DNA of 64,000 nt. It comes from a virus. Below the pieces are notes generated by a model. The model ran no database searches, was not told the DNA's origin, and saw only the letters and a program-made list of their open reading frames with translations. The stretch lies in IMG/VR virus record IMGVR_UViG_3300049979_000188. The stretch is one strand, 5' to 3'. This document shows, in pieces, positions 38,479-47,704 of this stretch. Numbering within the stretch: position 1 is the first letter of the stretch; every line of letters starts with the position of its first letter. The position numbers and the translations under genes are program-made.

Positions 38479-40153
38479 AGGCGGCAGAAGCGACGTACTT
38501 CTTAAAGGGATTCGGCTGACTTTCCCGCAGGCTTTGCAGGGCCTCCTCCGTCAGGCTCGGGTCCGGTTCAAAGCCAGGCTCTGGCGTGGGTTCGTCAACT
38601 GGCAGCGGGGACTCCTCAAATACGGGTACCTGACCCCATTCCCCCTCGTCGAGTTTGCCCCAGCCTTCGGTGAGTACAGCCGGCACCATTTGCCGCGTTT
38701 CCAGTGCCTGGTCCACTGCGTCGTAAAAGCTATTGCCTTTGCTGACGGGAATACCTAACCCCTGAGCGGCTCGTACGTACTGGCCATGGGCCTGTTGGTG
38801 GAAGGTACGTAGCAGTGCGCGGTGCTCTTTGCGCAGGGCATAGCGCTGCTGCTGAATCTGGGCCACGTTTTCTTTGAAGCGGGCCATTTTGTCGGTAAAC
38901 TGCTCCTCGGCTTTGGTACGCTGCTGGGCCAGGCTGCGCAGCTCGCCGCTGGCTGCGCCTATTGAGTAGTCGTTTTGCAGTTTTTCCACCCCTTGCTGCA
39001 CGGCGGTGCGGGCCGTCTGAAACGCGTCAGTTGCGCGGTTGCCTAACTCAGCCGCTTTTTGCTGAACGCCCGTACGGGCTGACTGAACCGCACTGGCCGC
39101 CCGCGAGCCCAATTGGCCGGCTGCTTGCTGTACCGTACTACCGGGGGCGAACAAGCCTTTGATACCGGTTATGATGCCTTCGGCCAGCAGGGCCTGGCTC
39201 ACCTCTTCGTAGACCTGGGCTTCGGTGAGTACGCCGCTGCGTATGTCCGCTTGGTGCTCGCTGCAGTAGCGGGCAATGCTACGCTGCAGGGCCTCTTCGT
39301 TGAGTTGCATGGTTTGTTTGTTATACGTGTTGCCCGGCAGGGCAAACTGGTTATGGTATTGCTGAAAGTTCGCTTTAACCCAATCGGCGCATTGGCCAAT
39401 GCTACCAGAAAAGAGCGCTTTGCGGGTAACCTTGCTCATCACGCTCCAGCTGTGGTCATTCCACATCTTGAGGTGGACGATGCCCTGGGGGTTTACCTGA
39501 TTGCCCTGGAAAATAATTTGCGTCTCCTCATCGGCGTGATGGTAGACTTGCACGCCACTGTTTTGGAACATGACGGCCCCGTTCCCGTAGCGCTCGGTAC
39601 TGGCCGCTTCGAGCATGTCTTGTGAGCCGGCCAGGAAAGCAAAGTTATAGCCCGCGCCTTGTTTTTCAGGAGCCTCTTCCGGGAAATGCATGGTCAACCC
39701 AAGCCGGCGTGGGTCCGAAAAACCTTTTCGGAACCCCTGCACGGCGATGGCTTCGGCCTGGTAGCTGAAGTGCACTAGCCACGTAGTGCGGGGCAGTAGT
39801 TGCTCACGCTCTGCCTTTACGTGCGTGCCCGTCGGGGCTAGATGAGCACCCTGACCGTCGAGGTAGACGGCCAGGTCTTCTTCATAGCCAGTAGTAATCC
39901 AGTCGGGTAGCTTCCGGTAGTGGGTATCTGCTTCGAGGCCACGCAGTAGCTGGCCATCCTCGTCATCCTCGTTCTTAATACCCCACGCGGCCAGCGCGGC
40001 CGTTCTGGCCACTGGGTGGTCTTCGAGCCAGTCGCAGAAGTTTGACCAGTAATCAGCCGGGTCAAACGTAGTCCCATCCCAGCCAGGCTTAAGCAGGTTT
40101 TGCACCTGCTGGTTAGCGCGCGAGTATAATTCGTGGAGTGAAGTGATAGCCAT
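38477..40153 (-). CDS. 558-aa protein with ART-like domain and amphipathic repeats; putative virion-internal protein
   Basis: WLVHFS..AIAVQGF..GAGYNFA..RYGNGAVMF..DEETQIIF; 22-aa repeats; TATTTAG 5 nt upstream. Confidence 0.7.
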   Translation of the reverse strand: MAITSLHELYSRANQQVQNLLKPGWDGTTFDPADYWSNFCDWLEDHPVARTAALAAWGIKNEDDEDGQLLRGLEADTHYRKLPDWITTGYEEDLAVYLDGQGAHLAPTGTHVKAEREQLLPRTTWLVHFSYQAEAIAVQGFRKGFSDPRRLGLTMHFPEEAPEKQGAGYNFAFLAGSQDMLEAASTERYGNGAVMFQNSGVQVYHHADEETQIIFQGNQVNPQGIVHLKMWNDHSWSVMSKVTRKALFSGSIGQCADWVKANFQQYHNQFALPGNTYNKQTMQLNEEALQRSIARYCSEHQADIRSGVLTEAQVYEEVSQALLAEGIITGIKGLFAPGSTVQQAAGQLGSRAASAVQSARTGVQQKAAELGNRATDAFQTARTAVQQGVEKLQNDYSIGAASGELRSLAQQRTKAEEQFTDKMARFKENVAQIQQQRYALRKEHRALLRTFHQQAHGQYVRAAQGLGIPVSKGNSFYDAVDQALETRQMVPAVLTEGWGKLDEGEWGQVPVFEESPLPVDEPTPEPGFEPDPSLTEEALQSLRESQPNPFKKYVASAA

Positions 40154-40158
40154 GTTCC

Positions 40159-40165
40159 CTAAATA
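40159..40165 (-). promoter_or_regulatory. TATTTAG motif
   Basis: CTAAATA on + strand, 5 nt from ATG 40153. Confidence 0.6.
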
Positions 40166-40169
40166 GGGC

Positions 40170-41609
40170 TTAACGTACGCCAGCTAAGGCCGCTAACCGT
40201 GCTATTTTTACTTCCTGCGGTACGCGTTGTCCGTATTTGGGGCACTGCTCATAGTAGTAGCGGCGGCTTGATTCGGTGAGTAGACTCAGCGTAGTTTCAG
40301 GCACCGGGCGGCGGGCTTGCAACTCTTGCAGCAAGTAGGCCCGCTGCGCCGAAGGCTGGGCTTGGTTGATAAGGCCAGGCCCAACGGGCAGACTCGCTTC
40401 CTTGAGCAACGAAGTCGCCGCGGCCGTATTCACGGCTGGCGACTTGGCGCTACCAAACCACGTGGCCACTGCACTGGCCGCTGGTGGCCATACGGACCCG
40501 TTAGGGGTACTTCCTGTTCCGGATTGCGTGGTATCGGTCAGGGGGTAGGCACTCAGCCAGGCGGCGGGGTGCTGCTTGTCGACGCGGTTGTAGCGCCAAA
40601 ATAAAGTGGCCGCGCGCCGGCGCTGGGCTTCGGTACTAACTGCCGCTTGTTCGTCGGTGAGCATGTGGGCACGCGAAATATAGAGGTCTCGTATAGCCGG
40701 GGAGGCCCCCTCGTACTCCGGGTTGCTCAACGAATAGCCTAGCTTTAGGTAGGTGCTTTGCTGAGCTGGGTTCAGACTGGCAAAGGGTACTCGCTTTTCA
40801 GTGGGTACTTCCGGGCTGGCAGCTCGTGCCTGAGCCACATCACTGCTCTCTTGGTCCGTAAGGGGAGTGGGGACAAACAAGTGACGCGCCTTTTCCAGGC
40901 CGGGCTTTGTGGCCAGGAACGCATCCAGGTTGCCCTTGAACTTGCGGGTACGGTAGTCCTCGGCGTTGTTGGCGAAGGTGAAGTCGTAGCCGCCGTCCGC
41001 CCGGGCCGAGATGACGGTGATGTGCGTGGGGTCGTAGGGGGAAACGCCCGTATCGTAAACAAAGAAATAGCTCGCGTTGTGCTTGGCGCGGTAATCGTGG
41101 TAAAAGTTGTTTTCGCGCCGCGAGATGCAAAACCCGTAGCGTTTGTTTTGCCCGTAGCGAATGCAGTCGTTTTCGTTATGGGCGACAAAAACCTTGTAGC
41201 GGCCGTCTTCCCAATCGGCGGGCGTTTCGTTTACGCTAAATTCGTCGCCCGCGCTCTGCGCCTGTTTCTTTTCCGTCTTTGCCGCGTAGGCCTGGGCTGC
41301 CTGCTCCAGGGCGCCGGCGCTCTTACTCTGGGCAATAATGCCGCTGCTATCGAGCCCTTTGCTACTTAAGGCCGCCAGCGCCCCGGCCGCGCGAAGAATG
41401 TCGTCCTGCGCGCTCGGGGATTGGCTGATAAGCGTCGCCAGGGTGCGAATCACTCCGCCCTGCTTGTTGGCCTTGAAATTAGCGGCCACGCCGCGGATGG
41501 CCTCAAATTGAGTCTCGCTCAGGCTGTCGGGACGTAGCCCGTATTTGGAGAGTAGTTCGGGGCTGAAAGCTTCGGAAAGCAGGCTCTCAGAAAAGGTGGT
41601 TGGTTGCAT
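40170..41609 (-). CDS. 479-aa hypothetical protein with C..YG...CIS...F..Y...YFF domain
   Basis: ATG 41609 (MQPTTFSES); the ORF-track start overlaps promoters. Confidence 0.75.
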   Translation of the reverse strand: MQPTTFSESLLSEAFSPELLSKYGLRPDSLSETQFEAIRGVAANFKANKQGGVIRTLATLISQSPSAQDDILRAAGALAALSSKGLDSSGIIAQSKSAGALEQAAQAYAAKTEKKQAQSAGDEFSVNETPADWEDGRYKVFVAHNENDCIRYGQNKRYGFCISRRENNFYHDYRAKHNASYFFVYDTGVSPYDPTHITVISARADGGYDFTFANNAEDYRTRKFKGNLDAFLATKPGLEKARHLFVPTPLTDQESSDVAQARAASPEVPTEKRVPFASLNPAQQSTYLKLGYSLSNPEYEGASPAIRDLYISRAHMLTDEQAAVSTEAQRRRAATLFWRYNRVDKQHPAAWLSAYPLTDTTQSGTGSTPNGSVWPPAASAVATWFGSAKSPAVNTAAATSLLKEASLPVGPGLINQAQPSAQRAYLLQELQARRPVPETTLSLLTESSRRYYYEQCPKYGQRVPQEVKIARLAALAGVR

Positions 41610-41613
41610 GGGG

Positions 41614-41670
41614 CAAATATACAAAGGGTAACGCCAAGTCTGTTTTTTGCGTAAACAGTGCGTATAAATA
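41614..41670 (-). promoter_or_regulatory. TATTTA (41665-70) and TATATTTG (41614-21) motifs for the 479-aa gene
   Basis: Both motifs on the minus strand within 60 nt of the start. Confidence 0.55.
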
Positions 41671-41682
41671 CCCGATAACACC

Positions 41683-44600
41683 TTGAAAAAACGCATTGCG
41701 CACTTAGCCGATATTCACATTGCCCGCAGTCCCTTGCGGCATGCCGAGTACCAGCAGGTCTTCTCCCGAACCGCCCGCCTGCTGCAAAGCGAAGCACCGG
41801 ACGTGATTGTGTTGACCGGAGACTTGTTCAACGACTACATTGCCGCCAGTAACGAGTCGACCCAGCTGGCCGGTAATTTTTTACGCAGCCTCTCGGCCAT
41901 TGCGCCCGTGGTACTCACCCGGGGTAACCATGATTACGACAAGTTTCGGCAAAACCGCATTGACTCGGTCAAGCCCGTGGTCGACTTGCTGGCCACCGAC
42001 CAGCTGCGTTACTTTAACAAGTCCGGTTTTTACCGCGACGATAACCTTATCTGGGTTGTCTGGCACCACGGGGATGAGCTCTCGCCCTGGAACGTGGCCC
42101 TGACCGCCCGTAAACAGGGGTATCCGGCTGATTTTTACGCTGACGACATCGAGCAGCTACTCAACCAATACGGGGATTTTGATGGCGTGCGGGCCGCAGG
42201 CTACACGCTAATCGACCTCTTCCATGACCCGGTGACCGGGGCCAAAGCCAGCAACGGGGAAGTATTTCGGGACGGTGCCTATTTGCGCCAAAGCGATTTG
42301 CAGGGCGATTACGCCCTGCTGGGTGACATTCACCTGCGCCAGTTCTTTACCCGGCCGGGTCAGCATCAGCCCTTTGCCGGCTACCCTGGCTCTTTGATTC
42401 AGCTGCACTTTGGCGAGGCCGAAACCGGACACGGATACTTGCTTTGGGACATTGAGGCCGATACGGTACGGGCGGTCGATGTACCCAACGACGTGTGTTA
42501 CTATACCGTTGTGGTGGAGCCAGGCACCGAGTACGATGCCTTGAGTCTGGTCTTGCCCGAGCCGACGGCCCCGGTGCCCCACGTGCGCATTTACTGGCGG
42601 GATAATTCCCTGCAGCAGACCCAGGCCAATAAAACCAAGCTGCGAAAATACTTCCGCGAGCGCTACGCCGCCGATGTGACGTTCGACCCGCACCCCGTTG
42701 ACCAGCGGCAGCTGCAGGCCGGGCGAGTGGGTACGGACCTGGACCAGCTTGACTTGACGGATGCCGGTTTGCAGCGTACGCTAATTACGGAGTATCTGGA
42801 GAGTAATGCCATCCCCCAGGAGCAGATTGTGTCCCTGCTTGAACTCGACGATACCATTACCGAGCGGTTGCGAATTGCGGATTCAAGCGAAGACGGCAAT
42901 TTACTCAGTGGCGATAGTAACGGGGAAGTGCGTCTGCTTAATCTGCGCATTGATAATTTCCAGTCCGTGGATGAGCTCACCCTCGACTTGCAGGCCCATC
43001 CTGGTCTTTGGCAAATTACGGGGCCTAATGAAACGGGCAAAACAACGGTGCCCATGGCCCTGCTTTACCTTAAATTTGGTAATACGCTGGGCACGGTGGT
43101 ACTTAAAAATGGGGAAATTAAAACACGCCCGGAAAAAAACGGCGATAACCGCTTTATCAACAACAAGCGCGATAAGGACTACTGCCAGGTTTCGGCTGAT
43201 TTTGAGGTAGCGGGTATCCTGGTACGGGCTACCCGTCGCTCGGAGCGCAAGTGGAAGCGTACCAAAGCTGATGAGCCCCGGCAAATAAGTAAAGTCTCCA
43301 CTGATTACCGGCTTGAACTCCTAACGTCTGACTTTCAGGTTGACCAAGATGTGAGCGTGGACAAGCGCCGGCGTACGGAGCGACTGGCCACGCAGGCATT
43401 TGGTACGTTCGACGACTTTCTGCGGCAGTCTTTTTTCTCGGCCGATACGATGAGTGGGCTGCTCTCCTTGGACCGGGCCGTCTTTATTGACACCTTGCTG
43501 CGTGACCTGCGCCTGGACCAGTACGAGCGCAAACTTAAAGTTTTCCGGGAGTGGAAAACCGAAGTCGGTAAGCGTCAGACCCGGCTGGTGCTTGACCAGG
43601 CAATCGAGGAAGGGAAGCTTCGGGCTACGGAAGCCAGCTTGGTGGAAGCCCGCGCGCAGCTACTCACCTTGCAGCAGCGTCAGCTCGCCCTTACCAGTGC
43701 GCTAAGTCGGGGCCAGCAGCAGCAAGCTAGCCTACACCAACAGTTTCAGCCCATGCCGGTCGAAGTAGGTGATACGCCCGAGCAAGTACTTCGTCAGCAG
43801 GTGCACGATGCCCTTGCCAGCGTGCATGCCCACGGCACTAAGGAGCAGGACTTACTGGTGCGTTGCCAGCAATTGCCCGCCACCTACGACGAAGTGCGCT
43901 ACCAGTCCCTACGAGCTCAAGTAGATGATTCTCAGGGTTGGGTTCGGAGCCAGGAGCTCGAAATCGAGCGCTTGGGTAATCAAGTCGACGCGCACCTCAA
44001 CAGCATTGTCCACCTCAAGGGCATGCTTGCCTTGACTAAGGAGAAGGCCGATGCCGTTAAGAAACGCTACGAGCGGGACGTGCAGGCCCTGGAAGCGGAG
44101 CTGCTGCGTCAGGACCGCGAGATTAGTCAGCTCGAACAAAGCACCGTCTGTCCTACCTGCCAGCAGCCCAAGTCTGCCGCCGCCGTAGCCGCCATCGAAC
44201 AGGAAGTAAGTCGTCGCCGTACCGCTCGGGGGTTGCACGAGCAGCGGCAACGAGCGGAGCTGCTCGCCGCGCGTGACCAGGAACTCGACGGTATGCGCGA
44301 GTCTTATCGCAGCTACCAGCAGCAGCTTACGGTCCAGCAGGAGCCCAAACAGCAGCTGGTAGACCAGCAGCAGGCCTTGCGAGCCGGTATTACGGCCCGT
44401 CAGCTTGAGTACGCTGACATGGGCCAGGAATTGGCTAGTCTGGACAAAGTGCGCCTTGACGTGGAACGTCGTCGAGAACTGGAGCTAAGTGGAGCGCGCT
44501 TTCCGCTTATTCGCGAGGAGCTCGAATTGCTGGTGCGTCAGAGTCGCGAACGGTTGGCCATTTTTGAGCAAGCGGAGAAAGTTCGCAAGGATAATCAGAA

Positions 44601-45255
44601 AGTGCGTGAGCAGCTTGCCCAGCTTGCCCAGCGGCAGCAGGAGCAGCAAAGCGAGCTGCGTCAGGTAGAAACCGAGTGCATTCGCCTGGAGCAGGCCTTC
44701 ATCCCTCGCCAGGAGCAGGAGCAAACCCAGCTTACGGACCGTTTGCTTAAGTACGGTGAGCAGCAGCAGCGCGAGCACGTGTGGAGCATTTACGAAAAAT
44801 GCATGAGCCGCGAGGGCTTGCCCATGCAGCTGCTTCGCCGGGCCCTGGGTCCCATCAATGAGCAAATGGCGGAGCTGCTTGAGGGACTTTGCTTTACCAT
44901 CTACCTGGACGAGGACCTGGAGTTCCGCATGCTCGACCACCGGGTAGCGGGTGTTGACCAGCACATTCTGCAGGGCTCGGGTATGGAACGCACCTTTGCT
45001 TCCCTGGTTCTGCGCCTGGGCCTGCGCCGGCTCAATCACCGTGCCCGCTGGAATATTCTTATTATGGACGAACTGCTGGGCAAGCTCGATGCCGAGGCGA
45101 CGGTGCGTTACGCCGAGCTGCTGCGTACGGCTACCATGAGCATTGAGCACGTCTTCGTTATCGAGCACCACGGCGAAGGGATTCTACGACCGGACCACCT
45201 GCTCAAAGTGCATGCTTATAAGGGGGTGAGCAAGTACCAGCTGAGTCTCAATTAG
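41683..45255 (+). CDS. Fused SbcD(Mre11/gp47)-SbcC(Rad50/gp46) recombination nuclease-ATPase (1190 aa)
   Basis: HLADIH, GDLF, GNHD, LGDIH, YPGS; then GPNETGKT, coiled coil with CPTC hook, GSGME signature, IMDE Walker B. Confidence 0.92.
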   Translation: MKKRIAHLADIHIARSPLRHAEYQQVFSRTARLLQSEAPDVIVLTGDLFNDYIAASNESTQLAGNFLRSLSAIAPVVLTRGNHDYDKFRQNRIDSVKPVVDLLATDQLRYFNKSGFYRDDNLIWVVWHHGDELSPWNVALTARKQGYPADFYADDIEQLLNQYGDFDGVRAAGYTLIDLFHDPVTGAKASNGEVFRDGAYLRQSDLQGDYALLGDIHLRQFFTRPGQHQPFAGYPGSLIQLHFGEAETGHGYLLWDIEADTVRAVDVPNDVCYYTVVVEPGTEYDALSLVLPEPTAPVPHVRIYWRDNSLQQTQANKTKLRKYFRERYAADVTFDPHPVDQRQLQAGRVGTDLDQLDLTDAGLQRTLITEYLESNAIPQEQIVSLLELDDTITERLRIADSSEDGNLLSGDSNGEVRLLNLRIDNFQSVDELTLDLQAHPGLWQITGPNETGKTTVPMALLYLKFGNTLGTVVLKNGEIKTRPEKNGDNRFINNKRDKDYCQVSADFEVAGILVRATRRSERKWKRTKADEPRQISKVSTDYRLELLTSDFQVDQDVSVDKRRRTERLATQAFGTFDDFLRQSFFSADTMSGLLSLDRAVFIDTLLRDLRLDQYERKLKVFREWKTEVGKRQTRLVLDQAIEEGKLRATEASLVEARAQLLTLQQRQLALTSALSRGQQQQASLHQQFQPMPVEVGDTPEQVLRQQVHDALASVHAHGTKEQDLLVRCQQLPATYDEVRYQSLRAQVDDSQGWVRSQELEIERLGNQVDAHLNSIVHLKGMLALTKEKADAVKKRYERDVQALEAELLRQDREISQLEQSTVCPTCQQPKSAAAVAAIEQEVSRRRTARGLHEQRQRAELLAARDQELDGMRESYRSYQQQLTVQQEPKQQLVDQQQALRAGITARQLEYADMGQELASLDKVRLDVERRRELELSGARFPLIREELELLVRQSRERLAIFEQAEKVRKDNQKVREQLAQLAQRQQEQQSELRQVETECIRLEQAFIPRQEQEQTQLTDRLLKYGEQQQREHVWSIYEKCMSREGLPMQLLRRALGPINEQMAELLEGLCFTIYLDEDLEFRMLDHRVAGVDQHILQGSGMERTFASLVLRLGLRRLNHRARWNILIMDELLGKLDAEATVRYAELLRTATMSIEHVFVIEHHGEGILRPDHLLKVHAYKGVSKYQLSLN

Positions 45256-45305
45256 GGTAACGTAGCCCCTGAAAAACCCGTAAACCGAGTATATCCACGT
45301 ACTTT

Positions 45306-45923
45306 ATGCGAGAACGCCGCGAAATTATCAAACTGGCCGGTCAGCTGCAGCAGGGAAGCCCGCTGCAGCCTAGCGCCCTGGCCAAATTCATCGAAGACCA
45401 CCAGCTCAGCAGTGAGGAAGTAGCCATGCTTCAAGGGGAGCTTATTAGCAACATTGTCGTCTTGTTCAGTACCCAGCAAGCCACGACGGCCCTGCTGCGT
45501 CAACATAAGCCCGTAGCCGTTACTGCGCCAAGCCCCAGTGTGCCTAGCTTGGCGCAGTTACCCGACGAGTTGCTCAGCGAGGCCATTGGCCAGCCGCTCT
45601 ACCAGGCCGGTGACCCCGTGCCTTGGTACGGAACTTACCAGCGTCGACTCGGCACCGGCCTGTATGTGAAGCGTAGTGACGGCTCAGGGCCCATGGATGC
45701 GCAACTCGAAAGCCTCTACTCGTTTCCCTATGACCCGCAGGCCTACAAGCAGGCCCGGGCCGGAGGCTTCGTGCGCTACTACTACCCCAGCAAGGGCCTG
45801 GACTTGGTTCACGTAGACCAAATCGCCCTTATCGACGCCAATACCGGCTCCTTGCAGCTCAGCAATGGCAAACTTATTCCGCTTACCTACATCACGGGTA
45901 TTTTCGACAAGAACCTCTCATGA
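45306..45923 (+). CDS. Hypothetical protein (205 aa)
   Basis: ATG ORF whose stop overlaps the start of the Prs-like gene. Confidence 0.7.
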   Translation: MRERREIIKLAGQLQQGSPLQPSALAKFIEDHQLSSEEVAMLQGELISNIVVLFSTQQATTALLRQHKPVAVTAPSPSVPSLAQLPDELLSEAIGQPLYQAGDPVPWYGTYQRRLGTGLYVKRSDGSGPMDAQLESLYSFPYDPQAYKQARAGGFVRYYYPSKGLDLVHVDQIALIDANTGSLQLSNGKLIPLTYITGIFDKNLS

Positions 45924-46849
45924 GTCAACCTAAAGAACCCACGCCGCTGCTCATGCTGCTGCTCGGTACGCCTGGCTACGTAACGGAGCCTGAAACCAAA
46001 CCATACCGTATCCTGCCCCTGCGCTACCAACGCGGTAACTTTCCCGGGGGAGAAGTATTTTTTCGACTCGACCACCCCGATTACGTAACGGGTAAACCCG
46101 TACTCGTAACGGCCCGTTTGCGCAGTAGTGACGACGTAATGGCTTTGCTTATGGCCACCGATGCCCTGCGCCGGCTTTACCCGGCTAGTCTCACCCTTAA
46201 ACTCTTTTACCTGCCCTATGGGCGCCAGGACCGGGTTGCCGTGGAAGGCGAATCGCTCTCGGTTGCCGTGATGGGGGAACTGCTTAAAAACTTGCCCTAC
46301 GAAAGCATCTTCGTGCTCGAACCCCATAGCGACGGGTCGGCCATTGCCTTGGGGCCCAAGGCTACCATGCTTACCAATAACAGCGTAGGCTACGCCCAGT
46401 TCGTGCGCCACAGCCTCCTGGAGCAAGGCCTTACCCCCGATAAGGTTGTCTTGGTAAGTCCGGACGCGGGGGCCGCCAAACGCCAGGTTCGCATGAGCCA
46501 GGATTTGCAGCTCTTTGACGTAGCCGAAGGCAAAAAGCACCGCGATTTGGAAACTAACCGGTTAACGGGCTTTGGCGTTGACCGGGAAGACTTCCAGGGT
46601 AAAGTTGCCCTTATTGTCGATGACCTCTGCGACGGGGGAGGCACATTTGTGGGCCTGGCTAAGGTTTTGCGCGAACGGGGGGCTTCGGCCGTGCACCTGA
46701 TGGTCACGCACGGGCTTTTCCCCAAAGGACTCGCTATTTTTCAGGGCCTCATCGACGTGGTGTACTCCACCAACTCCTACCGTGATTTTGACGACTTAGC
46801 CCCGGTAGAGGGCGTGCGCTTTCTGGCGTACAAGCTCCAACTATTCTAA
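45920..46849 (+). CDS. PRPP-synthetase-like enzyme, likely ADPR-PP synthetase (Adps, NARP1)
   Basis: FPGGE, YLPYGRQDR, LEPHS, VSPDAGA.KR, LIVDDLCDGGGTF, VTHGLF; adjacent to a Nampt-like gene. Confidence 0.85.
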   Translation: MSQPKEPTPLLMLLLGTPGYVTEPETKPYRILPLRYQRGNFPGGEVFFRLDHPDYVTGKPVLVTARLRSSDDVMALLMATDALRRLYPASLTLKLFYLPYGRQDRVAVEGESLSVAVMGELLKNLPYESIFVLEPHSDGSAIALGPKATMLTNNSVGYAQFVRHSLLEQGLTPDKVVLVSPDAGAAKRQVRMSQDLQLFDVAEGKKHRDLETNRLTGFGVDREDFQGKVALIVDDLCDGGGTFVGLAKVLRERGASAVHLMVTHGLFPKGLAIFQGLIDVVYSTNSYRDFDDLAPVEGVRFLAYKLQLF

Positions 46850-46873
46850 TTTTTCACTTTTTCAGCCCTTACT

Positions 46874-47704
46874 ATGTGGTTAGGCTCCCTGCTTCACACC
46901 GACGTCTATAAAGTCGGCCACGAAGCCCAATACCCGGAAGACATCACCAAAATCTACTCGACGCTGGTGGCCCGGTCCGGGAAAACCTACCCGGCCTCCG
47001 TTCAATTCGGCGACAGCTTCTACTTGAAGGAATACCTGATGAACGGCATCAAGCGCGGCGACGTGCAGCAATTTATGCTGCTGGCTGACGCCATCCTGGG
47101 CCCGGGTAAAGTTAAACCCGCCGACTTCTACAAACTTCAGGAGCTAGGTTACTGGCCAGTGGAAATCAAGAGCTTACCCGAGGGCTCGCTGGTACGCACC
47201 GGGAACGTACTCACGAGCTACGAGAGCACCAACAAGGACTTGCCCTGGGTGGGTGGCTTTTTGGAAGGCCTTACCCTTAAAGTGTGGAACTCCTCGACGG
47301 TGGCCACTAATTCGTTCCGCTTGCGTAAGGTGGTGGAGCTCTTTGCCGAGCGCACTGCTGAGACAATGGACCACGTGGACTACCAGATTCACGATTTCGG
47401 CTACCGCGGCTGCTCTTCGGAGGAAACGGCCGCCATTGGCGGGGCTGCCCACTTGCTGTCTTTCCGGGGCACGGACACGATTCCCGGGGTGGCCCTGCTC
47501 GATACGTTCTACAACGTGGATAACTCGACGCCGCTCTCGGCCATCGGTAACTCCGTACCGGCTTCTGAGCACAGTGTAGCTTGCGCCTGGTCGGGCACTC
47601 AGGCTAAGTACGTAGACAGCGTGGAAGAAATCTTTGACGAAGTCACTGGTCGCTGGCTTGTGAGTCACTATCTGAAAGATGGTAAAGTCGTGTCGAACGT
47701 GTAA
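46874..47704 (+). CDS. Nampt-like enzyme (Namat), N-terminal part
   Basis: TDVYKVGH, IKSLPEG, FLEG...VWNSSTVAT, HDFGYRG, SVPASEHS; stops at 47704. Confidence 0.88.
   Translation: MWLGSLLHTDVYKVGHEAQYPEDITKIYSTLVARSGKTYPASVQFGDSFYLKEYLMNGIKRGDVQQFMLLADAILGPGKVKPADFYKLQELGYWPVEIKSLPEGSLVRTGNVLTSYESTNKDLPWVGGFLEGLTLKVWNSSTVATNSFRLRKVVELFAERTAETMDHVDYQIHDFGYRGCSSEETAAIGGAAHLLSFRGTDTIPGVALLDTFYNVDNSTPLSAIGNSVPASEHSVACAWSGTQAKYVDSVEEIFDEVTGRWLVSHYLKDGKVVSNV

Noticed and set aside
41663-41670. T4-type late promoter TATAAATA for sbcCD
   Set aside because: Single occurrence; better explained as the TATTTA motif of the divergent minus-strand gene.
10133-41696. ORF-track starts at 10133, 14602, 34662, 38113 and 41696
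   Set aside because: They run over promoter motifs or deep into upstream genes; downstream ATGs (10199, 14644, 34707, 38164, 41609) were used.
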